Assembly (NCBI GenBank): GCA_964614375.1
Contig: CAZTLI010000002.1
Coordinates: 1-36,176, forward strand
DNA: 36,176 nucleotides
DNA from: an uncultured Anaerolineaceae bacterium
Lineage (GTDB): Bacteria; Chloroflexota; Anaerolineae; Aggregatilineales; Phototrophicaceae
Reading direction: 5' to 3'
The translations under genes and the position numbers were made by a program. The stretch's first letter is position 1. Every line of letters starts with the position of its first letter. Below are positions 15,538 through 23,959 of this stretch, one piece after another. The notes beneath the pieces are model-generated. The model did no database searches and was not told the DNA's origin. It worked only from the letters and a program-made list of their open reading frames with translations.

Positions 15538-15912
15538 CTAGCCACCCACGATGAGCGCCAGATGCAGCAGGGCAAATGGCGCGACGCCGGCGATGAGCAG
15601 CCACGAAAATGGATTGTTGAATTCATAGTAAGGATGTTTGCGGAACAGCGCGTGCAAGCCAATGTGAATCAGCAGAAATAGGTCAAACGCAATCTGGAAT
15701 GGCTGGAATTGCGCGCCCCACACAACCCACACGACCAGCGGAAGATGCAGCAGCGTGAATAGACGGTAGGCGTTTTCATCGGACAGCCGATTATAGAACG
15801 GGACAAATGTCTGAAAGATGCGCCATTCATGCCGCTGAATCGCATCCAGTTCGTGAGTCATAATCCATGCGATGTTGATGAAAAAGAGGGAGTCTGTGGG
15901 CGATGTCGCCAT
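15538..15912 (-). CDS. Small polytopic membrane protein (possibly DUF6713-like; family name from memory, unverified)
   Basis: 124 aa with about 4 hydrophobic segments (FFINIAWIMTHELDAIQRHEW.., LLHLPLVVWVVWG, LFLLIHIGLHALF, LLIAGVAPFALLHLALIVGG). Its stop is 2 bp from the TIR gene stop (convergent). Confidence 0.6.
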   Translation of the reverse strand: MATSPTDSLFFINIAWIMTHELDAIQRHEWRIFQTFVPFYNRLSDENAYRLFTLLHLPLVVWVVWGAQFQPFQIAFDLFLLIHIGLHALFRKHPYYEFNNPFSWLLIAGVAPFALLHLALIVGG

Positions 15913-16021
15913 TGCGTTATCCTGATGTGTGCCATAAGAACAGGTATCATCAGCTTACGCCACCAACCACTGCCAATAGAACACCGCACACTGCCAGCTA
16001 CTGCCAGACAGACATAAATCC

Positions 16022-16387
16022 TTACGAAGCGGCATCCTTCAGCTTGACCCACGCTTGCACGACGGCGATGAGCGCCGCTTCTTTGCTGGCGATGTCGTCC
16101 ATATCATGAAAGCGCGCCACCCGCACCTGCTCGGCATCGCCTTCCAATAGGCCGTGTTCGTCGGGGATAATCGCCCCTGTCTGAAAGAAAAGATTTACGA
16201 ATTTTTTGGTGCGCGGTGTCAGCGTCGCCAGATTGCCTTTGTACATAAACGTCGGGCCACCCCATTTGATGACCTCCGTCATAGTGCTATCGGCGGATAG
16301 TACAATTTCCCGCACGCGCTGCAATTCATCTTTAAAAGGGTGGTCGAGCTTCGCCATAAATTCATCAACCTGGGGATTGGTGTTCAT
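16022..16387 (-). CDS. DUF1801 (YdhG-like) domain protein
   Basis: VDEFMAKLDHPFKDELQRVREIVLSADSTMTEVIKWGGPTFMYKGNLATL fits the DUF1801 pattern, from memory. I prefer the ATG at 16387 (MNTNPQ..) to the ORF-track TTG at 16399. Confidence 0.7.
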   Translation of the reverse strand: MNTNPQVDEFMAKLDHPFKDELQRVREIVLSADSTMTEVIKWGGPTFMYKGNLATLTPRTKKFVNLFFQTGAIIPDEHGLLEGDAEQVRVARFHDMDDIASKEAALIAVVQAWVKLKDAAS

Positions 16388-16458
16388 CACTTGTTCCAAC
16401 TATATATATTCTAGCGTTTAGAACAAGTGTACTAATAGTTTATTGGTGGTCAATTGGA

Positions 16459-17583
16459 TTATCGTGACGACAAGATTTCTTGTCCCCACTCGCCTTTGAG
16501 TGCGCTGTAGACGGCGCGGTCTATGAATTTGCCGCGTAAATAACGTTCCTGCCGTTTGATAGCATCCAATTGATACTCCAAGCGTTCGGCGACAGCGCGG
16601 CTTTTTTGATTTTCCGCCGCGGCGACAATCTGTACCCGTTCGCTGCCTGTCTTGAAAGCATCAGTCGTCAGCGCGCGACCCACGCGCGTGATAATCCCCA
16701 ATCCGGTGTGATTGGCATCCAACCAGTAACCAATCTCAGCGATGTGGGCATTTTTGCGCTCACACGTCGCGCTGCCAACCAGTGACCATGCCGCATCCGA
16801 CGCCGGGCGATAGTAGATGCCCACTGCAAATCCCCGTCCTTCGCCGAAGCGTTCCAGTATGAACTCGATGAAATCCAGCACATCGGCCTCGCTGGTGGAG
16901 AAATCAACCCAATCTTCCCACACGGCGATATGGGCGCGATTGGCCTCCTGCACACGGTAATACGCGGCGGCATGACGGCGTTCTAATAAGCGCAGTTCGA
17001 GGTGTTCATCAATCCGATGCGAAAATGTCGCCTGACTGGTCACTGTCCATTCATCATCCAGCACACTGTAAACGACTAAATCGAGGGGCTGACCATGTAA
17101 CCTGGCTTTTTGCGGCGTGAAGGCTTCGCGGATGAAGCCCAATCGTTCTGGAACAGCAGCGCTGGCGGGATTATCCGGCGCGCAGCGAATGACGATGCGT
17201 TTTTTGTTCAGATGCGTGATGGCGTAGTCAATCAACGCGCGCGTGGCACGGGTAACGATGCCCTTTCCCGTATACGGCGCGCCCAACCAGTAGCCAATTT
17301 CGGCTTCATGCTCCGGGCGATCTTTCATTTTCAACGAGATCGCGCCCGCCAGTTCGCCCAAAAAGATAATCGGCAAATAGAGGGCCGTCCCTTGCGCGAG
17401 TAGCCGCCATGAGCCGCGAATGTCTTTGAGGGCATCCTCGCGCGTGTGCATTTTGGCAGGCCAATTGATGTAGCGCATCAAGTGGTCACGACTGCGATTG
17501 GTCAGTGCCAGCAGGGGATCGGCGTCCGCTTCTTCAAAATAGCGCAGTGACACCGCATCATCGACGATTAACGAGAACAGCAT
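16459..17583 (-). CDS. Double-GNAT N-acetyltransferase (two RimJ/RimL-type domains fused)
   Basis: Two copies of the family core: EIGYWLGAPYTGKGIVTRATRALIDYAI..PERLGF and EIGYWLDANHTGLGIITRVGRALTTDAF..AERLEY. I prefer the start MLFSLIVDD at 17583, 5 nt after the upstream stop. The ORF-track start at 17628 would overlap by 40 nt. Confidence 0.85.
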   Translation of the reverse strand: MLFSLIVDDAVSLRYFEEADADPLLALTNRSRDHLMRYINWPAKMHTREDALKDIRGSWRLLAQGTALYLPIIFLGELAGAISLKMKDRPEHEAEIGYWLGAPYTGKGIVTRATRALIDYAITHLNKKRIVIRCAPDNPASAAVPERLGFIREAFTPQKARLHGQPLDLVVYSVLDDEWTVTSQATFSHRIDEHLELRLLERRHAAAYYRVQEANRAHIAVWEDWVDFSTSEADVLDFIEFILERFGEGRGFAVGIYYRPASDAAWSLVGSATCERKNAHIAEIGYWLDANHTGLGIITRVGRALTTDAFKTGSERVQIVAAAENQKSRAVAERLEYQLDAIKRQERYLRGKFIDRAVYSALKGEWGQEILSSR

Positions 17584-17588
17584 GTCGC

Positions 17589-18680
17589 TTATGTCCAATC
17601 TGCCGCCAGCATCGCGAACATATTCCAATCCACAAAGCGGTCATAGAGCCATTCGGCGCGCCGGATAACCCCCTCATGCGAAAAGCCGAGGCGCAGCGGA
17701 ATCGCACAACTCTTATCGTTGCCCAGCGCGCACGGGATTTCGACCCGATTCAGCGCCAGCGTCTTAAAGGCATAATCGACCAGTTTTCGCACGGCTTTTG
17801 TCATGATGCCGCGTCCGGTATAGGCTTCAGCTAGCCAGTAGCCGATTTCTGTCGTGCCGTGATTGAAATTCCAGTAGTGATAGCCGATTGCACCCACCAG
17901 TTCGCCCCGAAACCAGATTCCCGCCTGAAACCCGTCGTTCTCTGCAACTTGCTTCAGACCGCTGTCGATGAAGGCGCGGGTATCATGTGGAATCTCGATG
18001 TTGTCCAACCAGGGCAGCCACTGGCGCAAATACGCGCGGTTGTTATCGGTCAGCGCAAACAGGGCATTGGTATGGCGTGGTTCAAACAAGCGCAGGGCAA
18101 TATCGTCATCAATCGGACAGATGAAAGTGCCCGGATTTTCGACTGTCCACGCTGCCGCCAGCAGACTATATTGATTCAAATCGACGTAATGATCGCGTAC
18201 CCATTCTTCCTGCCGCAGCACGCCTTCATGTGTAAAACCCAAACGCTGGGGAATCGCGCAGCTAGCCGGATTATCCACCGCGCAGCAAATCAGCAGGCGA
18301 CGCAGCGACAGGTCGCTAATGGCATAGTCAATCAGCGCCCGCAGCGCCCGCGTCATGATGCCTTTGTGTTGATAGGCTTCCGCCAGCCAATAACCGATTT
18401 CACAGGCACGGGTGTTTGGGTCGGTCACGCGCAGACTGATGTCGCCCACAATCGTCCCGTCACAACGAATGATGACGAGCAGGCGTGTGCCTTCGGCAAA
18501 CTCCTTCAAATACCGTCCGATGAGTTCATGAACATCGGTGACGGAATGCACGTTCCACACCCAATTGAGATGACGCCCCAGATATTTGCGATTGGAGTCG
18601 ATTTGCTCGAACAGTGGGGCACTGTGCCGCACATTTGCCAGTTCGAGGGTGAGGTCATCATCCACCCGATATTGAAACAT
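17589..18680 (-). CDS. Double-GNAT N-acetyltransferase (two RimJ/RimL-type domains fused)
   Basis: EIGYWLAEAYQHKGIMTRALRALIDYAI..PQRLGF and EIGYWLAEAYTGRGIMTKAVRKLVDYAF..PLRLGF. I prefer the start MFQYRV at 18680, preceded by GGGGGAAGGG. GTG at 18704 is an alternative. Confidence 0.85.
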   Translation of the reverse strand: MFQYRVDDDLTLELANVRHSAPLFEQIDSNRKYLGRHLNWVWNVHSVTDVHELIGRYLKEFAEGTRLLVIIRCDGTIVGDISLRVTDPNTRACEIGYWLAEAYQHKGIMTRALRALIDYAISDLSLRRLLICCAVDNPASCAIPQRLGFTHEGVLRQEEWVRDHYVDLNQYSLLAAAWTVENPGTFICPIDDDIALRLFEPRHTNALFALTDNNRAYLRQWLPWLDNIEIPHDTRAFIDSGLKQVAENDGFQAGIWFRGELVGAIGYHYWNFNHGTTEIGYWLAEAYTGRGIMTKAVRKLVDYAFKTLALNRVEIPCALGNDKSCAIPLRLGFSHEGVIRRAEWLYDRFVDWNMFAMLAADWT

Positions 18681-18737
18681 CCCTTCCCCCATTTCGTGAT
18701 ACACCGAAAGTCTAGGCGGTGGGTTTAAACCCGCTGT

Positions 18738-19283
18738 CTATTCCAGACTGGGCCATTCCCCCGCCAATAGGCCATAAACATACATATCCAGATAGCGCTC
18801 ATTCAAGCGCACATCTTGCCGTATTAGTCCTTCGCGCTTGAAGCCCAATCGTTCTACAACGGCATAACTGCGGGGATTATCTGTCGCACAGCGGGCATAC
18901 ACGCGATTCAGGCGCAGCTGTTCAAAGCCATATTTGAGTAACCCACGGCCTGCGCGGGTCACCACACCCTGACCTGTATGGGCTTGTGCTAACCAGTAGG
19001 TGATTTCCGCCTTTCGGCTGTAGCCATCGCGGATGACTAAGGCGATACTACCGACCAGCACGTCGCTCAGCCAGATAGTCAGCGGCAGGCGTTCCCCGTT
19101 GAGATATGCTTCCTGCATCCGTTTGACATAGGCCAGCATCTCACCGGGTGACCGCGCGACCCAGGGCAATCGTTGTTGTAAATGTTCCTGATTGTCATAG
19201 CACACTGCCCACAACGCATCAACCTGGTCGCTGGTCATCACACGCAGTTCAATTTCCTGATTGACCTTTAGTGAAAAATCCAT
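18738..19283 (-). CDS. Single-domain GNAT N-acetyltransferase (RimJ/RimL type)
   Basis: EITYWLAQAHTGQGVVTRAGRGLLKYGF..VERLGF. I prefer the start MDFSLKVNQ at 19283. The ORF-track extension to 19490 is a non-GNAT, Arg/Cys-rich read-through overlapping the upstream gene. Confidence 0.85.
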   Translation of the reverse strand: MDFSLKVNQEIELRVMTSDQVDALWAVCYDNQEHLQQRLPWVARSPGEMLAYVKRMQEAYLNGERLPLTIWLSDVLVGSIALVIRDGYSRKAEITYWLAQAHTGQGVVTRAGRGLLKYGFEQLRLNRVYARCATDNPRSYAVVERLGFKREGLIRQDVRLNERYLDMYVYGLLAGEWPSLE

Positions 19284-20331
19284 CGGCGGCTGCTCTCTGC
19301 TGTATCTTCCACCAGTTATCCGAATACATCGTATACAGGATATGATCGGGCTGCTGGTCATACAGCCATAACGCATGACGCGAGGCGGCATCTTCGCTAA
19401 AGCCCAACCGCTGGGCCAGTGCGCGGCTGCGGGTGTTCGTCCGCGCGATTCGCAGTCCCACGCGCTTGAGACCGAACGCTTCAAACGCATAGGTCGTCAG
19501 CGTCCATACTGCCATCGTCATTAGCCCATGACCTTGATGTGCCTCTGCTAACCAATAGCCCAATTCCGTATAGCTGGCCATCCGGTCTACAAAATTATAG
19601 GCGATGACCCCCACAAGGGTTTCATCACACCAGATGCCACACTGAAATCCGTGACCATCTGCCAGATTTGCTAAACCGCGACCAATATATTCCAACACAT
19701 CGTGGCGCGTATCAATCATGCCCATATCGGGCAGCCACCGCCGCAGAAATGGGCGATTCGCGTCGATAAGCTGCTGCAAGATGTCGGCGTGGTCGGCATG
19801 TAAGAGCTGCAAATACGCACAATTGTTGAGCGGATATTTGAAGATGGGGGGTGGCTGCCGCTGCCATGCTTTATGATGGATACCATAGCCTGTCTCATCA
19901 CGGGCAATGGGCTGCACATGCAGACCGAGCGCTTCAGCGAGTTGGTGACAGTCTGCCGATTGCGACGGGCAGCGTAAAACAATCTGCTCAACGTTCATCG
20001 CTGCGACCACATAATCCACAAGTACACGCAAAGCGGACGCAACCGGCGCGGTTTGGGAGGCATAGTAACCAGGTGTGGCTGTACTGCCGCTGATCACGAC
20101 TTCCGCCATGCCTACAGCACATCCGCTGTGTTGAATCAAAACACGGATGCCCTTCGCCGTCGCCCACAGTTGTTGCGTTTGGCGGATGAGATAACGCGAA
20201 TCCGGGCTGTTACATAACCAACCGACCCCCGCCATGCCATCGCTATCATACAGTGTTGATACGGCGTTGGCCTGTGATTCGGCAATTAAGGGTATGAGTC
20301 TGTACCCATCATCAATGTCACAATAAAACAT
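19249..20331 (-). CDS. Double-GNAT protein with a degenerate N-terminal domain
   Basis: The C-terminal domain is intact (ELGYWLAEAHQGHGLMTMAVWTLTTYAF..AQRLGF). The N-terminal domain keeps the scaffold (VLVDYVVAAMNVEQIVLRC..AEALGL), but the Q/R-x-x-G-x-G/A acetyl-CoA loop is replaced by YASQTAPVAS. The 3' end overlaps the next gene by 35 nt. Confidence 0.75.
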   Translation of the reverse strand: MFYCDIDDGYRLIPLIAESQANAVSTLYDSDGMAGVGWLCNSPDSRYLIRQTQQLWATAKGIRVLIQHSGCAVGMAEVVISGSTATPGYYASQTAPVASALRVLVDYVVAAMNVEQIVLRCPSQSADCHQLAEALGLHVQPIARDETGYGIHHKAWQRQPPPIFKYPLNNCAYLQLLHADHADILQQLIDANRPFLRRWLPDMGMIDTRHDVLEYIGRGLANLADGHGFQCGIWCDETLVGVIAYNFVDRMASYTELGYWLAEAHQGHGLMTMAVWTLTTYAFEAFGLKRVGLRIARTNTRSRALAQRLGFSEDAASRHALWLYDQQPDHILYTMYSDNWWKIQQRAAADGFFTKGQSGN

Positions 20332-20376
20332 CTTGCACCAATTAAATCCACCCGTTGTATTTCTATTATCTGTTTT

Positions 20377-20410
20377 TCGTAACGTATAAGCAATAAACCA
20401 GTCGTTACGA
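20377..20410. promoter_or_regulatory. Inverted repeat TCGTAACG-N18-CGTTACGA upstream of the GNAT array
   Basis: 8-bp perfect arms at 20377-20384 and 20403-20410, 46 nt upstream of the first GNAT start (20331). On the minus strand a TACAAT lies at 20429-20434. Confidence 0.25.
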
Positions 20411-20537
20411 TTGGCGAAATCCTAAATAATTGTAAAAATTGTGCCCGAATCGTTGATACGTAAGAAAGACTTATGGCACTCTTGAGATAGAGGACATTAC
20501 ATACCTGTAACATGGCGGGTGTGTAGGAGAGAATACC

Positions 20538-20945
20538 ATGCCAATGGACTGCTATTTAGACGAAACTGACGCAGGTCTTGTATGGCTGCGTATACACAGC
20601 GATATGAGCTGGGAGGCATATGATCGGGCGACAGACTGTGCCGCCAAATTGATCCGCTCGCTGTCTCATCGCGTGGATGTGATATATCTTGTTGAAACAC
20701 ATACACCACCCGGTAATCCCATTCCGCATTTCAAGCGCGCCCTCGATATTTTTGCGGGACTGCCCAATTTTGGCGTTGGCGTCACGGTGGATGTCATAAA
20801 TGAAGTATTTGCTAAAAATGCGCTCGATCTGGTGCGGCGCATTCACCGCCCATCGCAGCGTGACCGCTATTTTTATGTCGAGACTACCGCCGAGGCACGG
20901 CGGATTATCGAAAAATCACGTTCGCTAGACGCCATCATCGGTTAA
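20538..20945 (+). CDS. Hypothetical protein (135 aa), no family recognised
   Basis: AGGAG lies 8 nt upstream of the ATG. The composition looks soluble. I recognise no motif. Confidence 0.6.
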   Translation: MPMDCYLDETDAGLVWLRIHSDMSWEAYDRATDCAAKLIRSLSHRVDVIYLVETHTPPGNPIPHFKRALDIFAGLPNFGVGVTVDVINEVFAKNALDLVRRIHRPSQRDRYFYVETTAEARRIIEKSRSLDAIIG

Positions 20946-20954
20946 GTCAACCTC

Positions 20955-22052
20955 TCACATTACGGGTGCTTTACGGCTGCCGCGCAGGGTCAAAGGTCGT
21001 GAACGGTCTGATGACCAGGGCGCATAGGGGGCCATCGTGAAGCGTGCCAGCGCAATTAAGACCGAATCATAATTCACACGCCAACCCGCAAAATCGCGCC
21101 AGCACTGGTCACGGTCTGGCTTAAGAGGCACACCGATGGACTCAAGCTGGTCATAGACTTCATCAAATTCGTCGCGACTGATGCTGATAGGGTCGGTTGG
21201 ACGCGGGGCAGAATCATAATCAAAACGCAAAAAGTCTGCAATCTGGCGCAGGGCGATAAATCCGGCACGAATGCACAGGCGGGCGGGCATACTCGGCGGT
21301 GTATCGACAGTCGATTCAATGATAGATGCCGCATCCAGCACCGCGCCCGCGGCTGTGATCCACGAACGATGCGCTTCGGGCGAGCGAAAGAATATCAGCG
21401 GAGATAATGACGTGTGACTCTCGCCCAATTCCACGAACCATTCTTCCCAGACAGGCCAGAATTCTTCAAAATAATCCATGCCCCGATTGCGATGAATCCG
21501 GCTAATCATCTCCACAGCCGTTGGTGGCGACCCGGCGCGCACTTCGAGCATGGCGACGGATTTCTCGCGGCGGGAGAAGGCGCTGTACATCGTCGGCAGA
21601 TAGGCCAGCAGCAGCGCGACCATCCCCAATCCAATGGTCGCTTCGCTAAAGACCAGTACCATCTCTAGCGGTGTCACCACCGACACAAAGCCCAATGTCA
21701 ACAGCGACGACCCGCTGAGATGATAGGCATCCAGCGGTGTGCCGAAGCCCAACGCCCAATACATCGCCGCATAACCAAACGTCACTAAAATGAGCCAGAC
21801 GACAGGTATCAATACCAGAGTCGCGGGCGCAAAAAAAGCCAGCGTATGGTCGCGCCCTTCATAGGTATTGATTTTTCGCAGGCGAATCCAGGCCTGAAAC
21901 AGTTTGAGGGTATTGATGAAGACAACGCGCGTCAACCACACATTATCGCTGCGCGGCACGACCAGCATTCGCACGGCGGAGCTGATCGTGAACGCCACCA
22001 GCAGCGCCCCGGTCACAAACATCCCAATTTTTGCAAGCAGCATCCCGTCCAA
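20955..22052 (-). CDS. Ion-channel-like membrane protein (pore-loop-like segment, degenerate filter) with a cytoplasmic domain of about 200 aa
   Basis: Arrangement TM - TM (FFAPATLVLIPVVWLILVTFGYAAMYWAL) - short helix/loop LDAYHLSGSSLLTLGFVSV - TM (LEMVLVFSEATIGLGMVALLLAYL). This resembles a 2TM K+-channel pore unit, but with TLGFVS instead of T-x-G-Y/F-G-D. The functional call is weak. Confidence 0.5.
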   Translation of the reverse strand: MDGMLLAKIGMFVTGALLVAFTISSAVRMLVVPRSDNVWLTRVVFINTLKLFQAWIRLRKINTYEGRDHTLAFFAPATLVLIPVVWLILVTFGYAAMYWALGFGTPLDAYHLSGSSLLTLGFVSVVTPLEMVLVFSEATIGLGMVALLLAYLPTMYSAFSRREKSVAMLEVRAGSPPTAVEMISRIHRNRGMDYFEEFWPVWEEWFVELGESHTSLSPLIFFRSPEAHRSWITAAGAVLDAASIIESTVDTPPSMPARLCIRAGFIALRQIADFLRFDYDSAPRPTDPISISRDEFDEVYDQLESIGVPLKPDRDQCWRDFAGWRVNYDSVLIALARFTMAPYAPWSSDRSRPLTLRGSRKAPVM

Positions 22053-22166
22053 ATATGTCTCCGCTAAAAACAGTTATGAGTAACGAGTGATGTATCGAAA
22101 ACAAAGCACAATCAACACGCAATTGGCGATCCGAATAAACTGTGCGCTTTTCGCGGCCTTTGCGAT

Positions 22167-23036
22167 TCATCCTTTGTTTTTCGCCAGCACAAAATCTTCA
22201 ATCGTCTGTACGACGCCCGTCGCATGGTCGCCGAACAGCATGGTGATGTGATGTCCGGTCAATGTCACCAGCTTGCAATCGGGCAGCGCATTCACCGTAT
22301 CCGTGGCCTCGGCTTCGGGGACAATAGGCGGTGTTCCTGGCGGGCCAAAGCCATCCGGCGCGCGGAGGAGCAGCGCGGGGCGCTTCATCTGTCGCATGAT
22401 GACAGGCCAATCCTCGCCCAACGCCTTATCGACGGCTTCGGCGATGGCGTGCGGACGTGAGCGTGACCGGACGGTGCCATCGGACAGTACTTCCACATCG
22501 GCGCGATAGTAGGCTTCGAGTTCGGCGTTCCAGTAATGGTTGAAGGCATAATAAGGCGACTGCTTGAGCGCCTCGATATACGTTGCCACAGATGGCAATC
22601 TGCGCTCCAGACGTTCCAGCGAGGGTTTGATGAGTTCGCGCACATCGGGATGCAGCAAACCGGAATCAATGATGATGGCTTTTTTCATCCGTTCGGGATA
22701 GTGTGCGCCCAGATAAATCGTCACCAGACCGCCAAAACTATGTCCGCCGATGCTGCACTGCTGGATTCCAAGCGCGTCCATCAAGCCCACGACATCTGCC
22801 GCGTGGTCAGCCATGCTGTAACCAGACTGGGGCTTATCACTGAGTCCGCGCCCACGCAAATCCACGGCCAGCACGCGCATCCGTCGATTCAATCCTGCTT
22901 TGATGACACCGCCCATACAATAGGCGTTGGCGGTCAGGCCATGTGTAATGATGAGCGTCTCTTCCGTTCGTTCTATCGCCGGAAAGTCGAGGTAATGCAG
23001 GCGAATGCCATTGCTTTCTACAAAACAGCTTTGCAT
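22167..23036 (-). CDS. Alpha/beta-fold hydrolase
   Basis: HG oxyanion motif LIITHGLTANA and nucleophile elbow GGHSFGG. C-terminal His context LTGHHITMLFGDH. Confidence 0.85.
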   Translation of the reverse strand: MQSCFVESNGIRLHYLDFPAIERTEETLIITHGLTANAYCMGGVIKAGLNRRMRVLAVDLRGRGLSDKPQSGYSMADHAADVVGLMDALGIQQCSIGGHSFGGLVTIYLGAHYPERMKKAIIIDSGLLHPDVRELIKPSLERLERRLPSVATYIEALKQSPYYAFNHYWNAELEAYYRADVEVLSDGTVRSRSRPHAIAEAVDKALGEDWPVIMRQMKRPALLLRAPDGFGPPGTPPIVPEAEATDTVNALPDCKLVTLTGHHITMLFGDHATGVVQTIEDFVLAKNKG

Positions 23037-23109
23037 GGTGTCGTCCTTGTAAACACGTTTTCTGCCAACTATACCGCGCGCGCTGGTCGCGGCCTATCGA
23101 ATGGTATAC

Positions 23110-23138
23110 AAAAAGGGACGATGGTCGTCCATCATCCC
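23110..23138 (-). terminator. Rho-independent terminator after the lipoprotein gene
   Basis: The minus strand reads GGGATGATGG-acga-CCATCGTCCC (9 of 10 pairs) followed by TTTTT, 27 nt after the stop at 23165. Confidence 0.65.
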
Positions 23139-23164
23139 TCATATCATGATCTAGTTTGTGGATT

Positions 23165-23875
23165 CTAGCCCACACACAGCGGCGAGCCTTCCGCAATTGT
23201 GAAGTTGAATGCGCCTGTGCCGTCAATAGTGTTATGTCCGTCGCCGAGTGTGAATGTGAATATGCCCGCCATTTGTTCACCCGGCGCTGTGCCCACCGCG
23301 GACAGCGCCAGCGTCCCTTCGCCCAATCCATACAGATTGACCCGTGCGCTGGTCAGAGCAATTGTGACATCTTCGCCCGGTGTGCCTTCGCCCGCGCCAA
23401 CCAGCGCATACGCACCTGCTTCCGTATCCAATGGAAAACTGATGGTGACCTGTTCGCTCTGGCCTGTGGTCGTGCCAATCTGGACGATTCCAACCTGACT
23501 GTTGCACTGATAGAATCCGCCAGTGGTCAATGTGGCTTCAATAAAGCCTGTCAATGTGATGGCAAAGCCATCTACATCCGGGATTTCATCGCCAGCGCTG
23601 GCGGCACTGCCACCTTCGGGCGTGGGTGTGGCCCCTTCGCTGCCGCCACCGACTGTCGTGTTGCCGCTGGCATCATCACCTGTGCCGCCGATTCCCGATG
23701 TCGAATCCTCCGTTGCGGGGGCTTCATCACCGCTGTCTGCTGTCGGACTATCCGTAGGCGCATCAGCGGCAGGGGTCGTGTCACCGGTTGTACTGCCCGA
23801 ATTATTACCTCCGCACGCCGCCAACACCAGCGCCGCCAGCATTATGATAATCAATAAGCCATGTCGTTTCTGCAT
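23165..23875 (-). CDS. Lipoprotein with a low-complexity Thr/Gly/Asp/Ala-rich linker
   Basis: Lipobox MQKRHGLLIIIMLAALVLAACGGNN. AAAGGAG lies upstream of the ATG. A long acidic T/G/A/D-rich region precedes a C-terminal globular part of about 130 aa. Confidence 0.8.
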   Translation of the reverse strand: MQKRHGLLIIIMLAALVLAACGGNNSGSTTGDTTPAADAPTDSPTADSGDEAPATEDSTSGIGGTGDDASGNTTVGGGSEGATPTPEGGSAASAGDEIPDVDGFAITLTGFIEATLTTGGFYQCNSQVGIVQIGTTTGQSEQVTISFPLDTEAGAYALVGAGEGTPGEDVTIALTSARVNLYGLGEGTLALSAVGTAPGEQMAGIFTFTLGDGHNTIDGTGAFNFTIAEGSPLCVG

Positions 23876-23918
23876 CTTATGCTCCTTTACTCATCCATAC
23901 GCGCTTTTGCTGCGACTT

Positions 23919-23948
23919 AAATCAAAAGGACGGGCGTGAAACCCGTCC
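23919..23948 (-). terminator. Terminator-like hairpin plus U-run on the minus strand, upstream of the lipoprotein gene (orphan)
   Basis: The minus strand reads GGACGGG-tttcacg-CCCGTCC followed by TTTTGATTT. It sits 44-73 nt upstream of the ATG at 23875. It either terminates an unannotated minus-strand transcript or is a 5' leader hairpin. Confidence 0.45.
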
Positions 23949-23950
23949 TC

Positions 23951-23959
23951 ATTGTAGCA
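23951..23959 (-). promoter_or_regulatory. Candidate extended -10 element TGCTACAAT upstream of the lipoprotein gene
   Basis: The reverse complement of attgtagca is TGCTACAAT, the same 9-mer as at 580-588. It abuts the hairpin at 23928-23948, so the two interpretations conflict. Confidence 0.35.

Noticed and set aside
16388-16429. 9-bp inverted repeat CACTTGTTC..GAACAAGTG abutting the DUF1801 start codon as a regulatory hairpin
   Set aside because: It is a single short repeat with a 24-nt AT-rich spacer, it could arise by chance, and there is no supporting second copy. It is too weak to report as a feature.
17859-18728. 289-aa plus-strand ORF antisense to the second GNAT gene. Similar long antisense ORFs are 2114-2662(-), 12043-12792(-), 22536-23168(+), 23156-23857(+), 23523-23939(+), 30563-31042(+), 33897-34487(-) and 34512-35066(-).
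   Set aside because: Each lies entirely opposite a gene with strong family motifs. Their translations are Arg/His/Gln/Pro-rich low-information sequences typical of shadow frames in GC-rich DNA. None has a recognisable domain or a ribosome-binding site.
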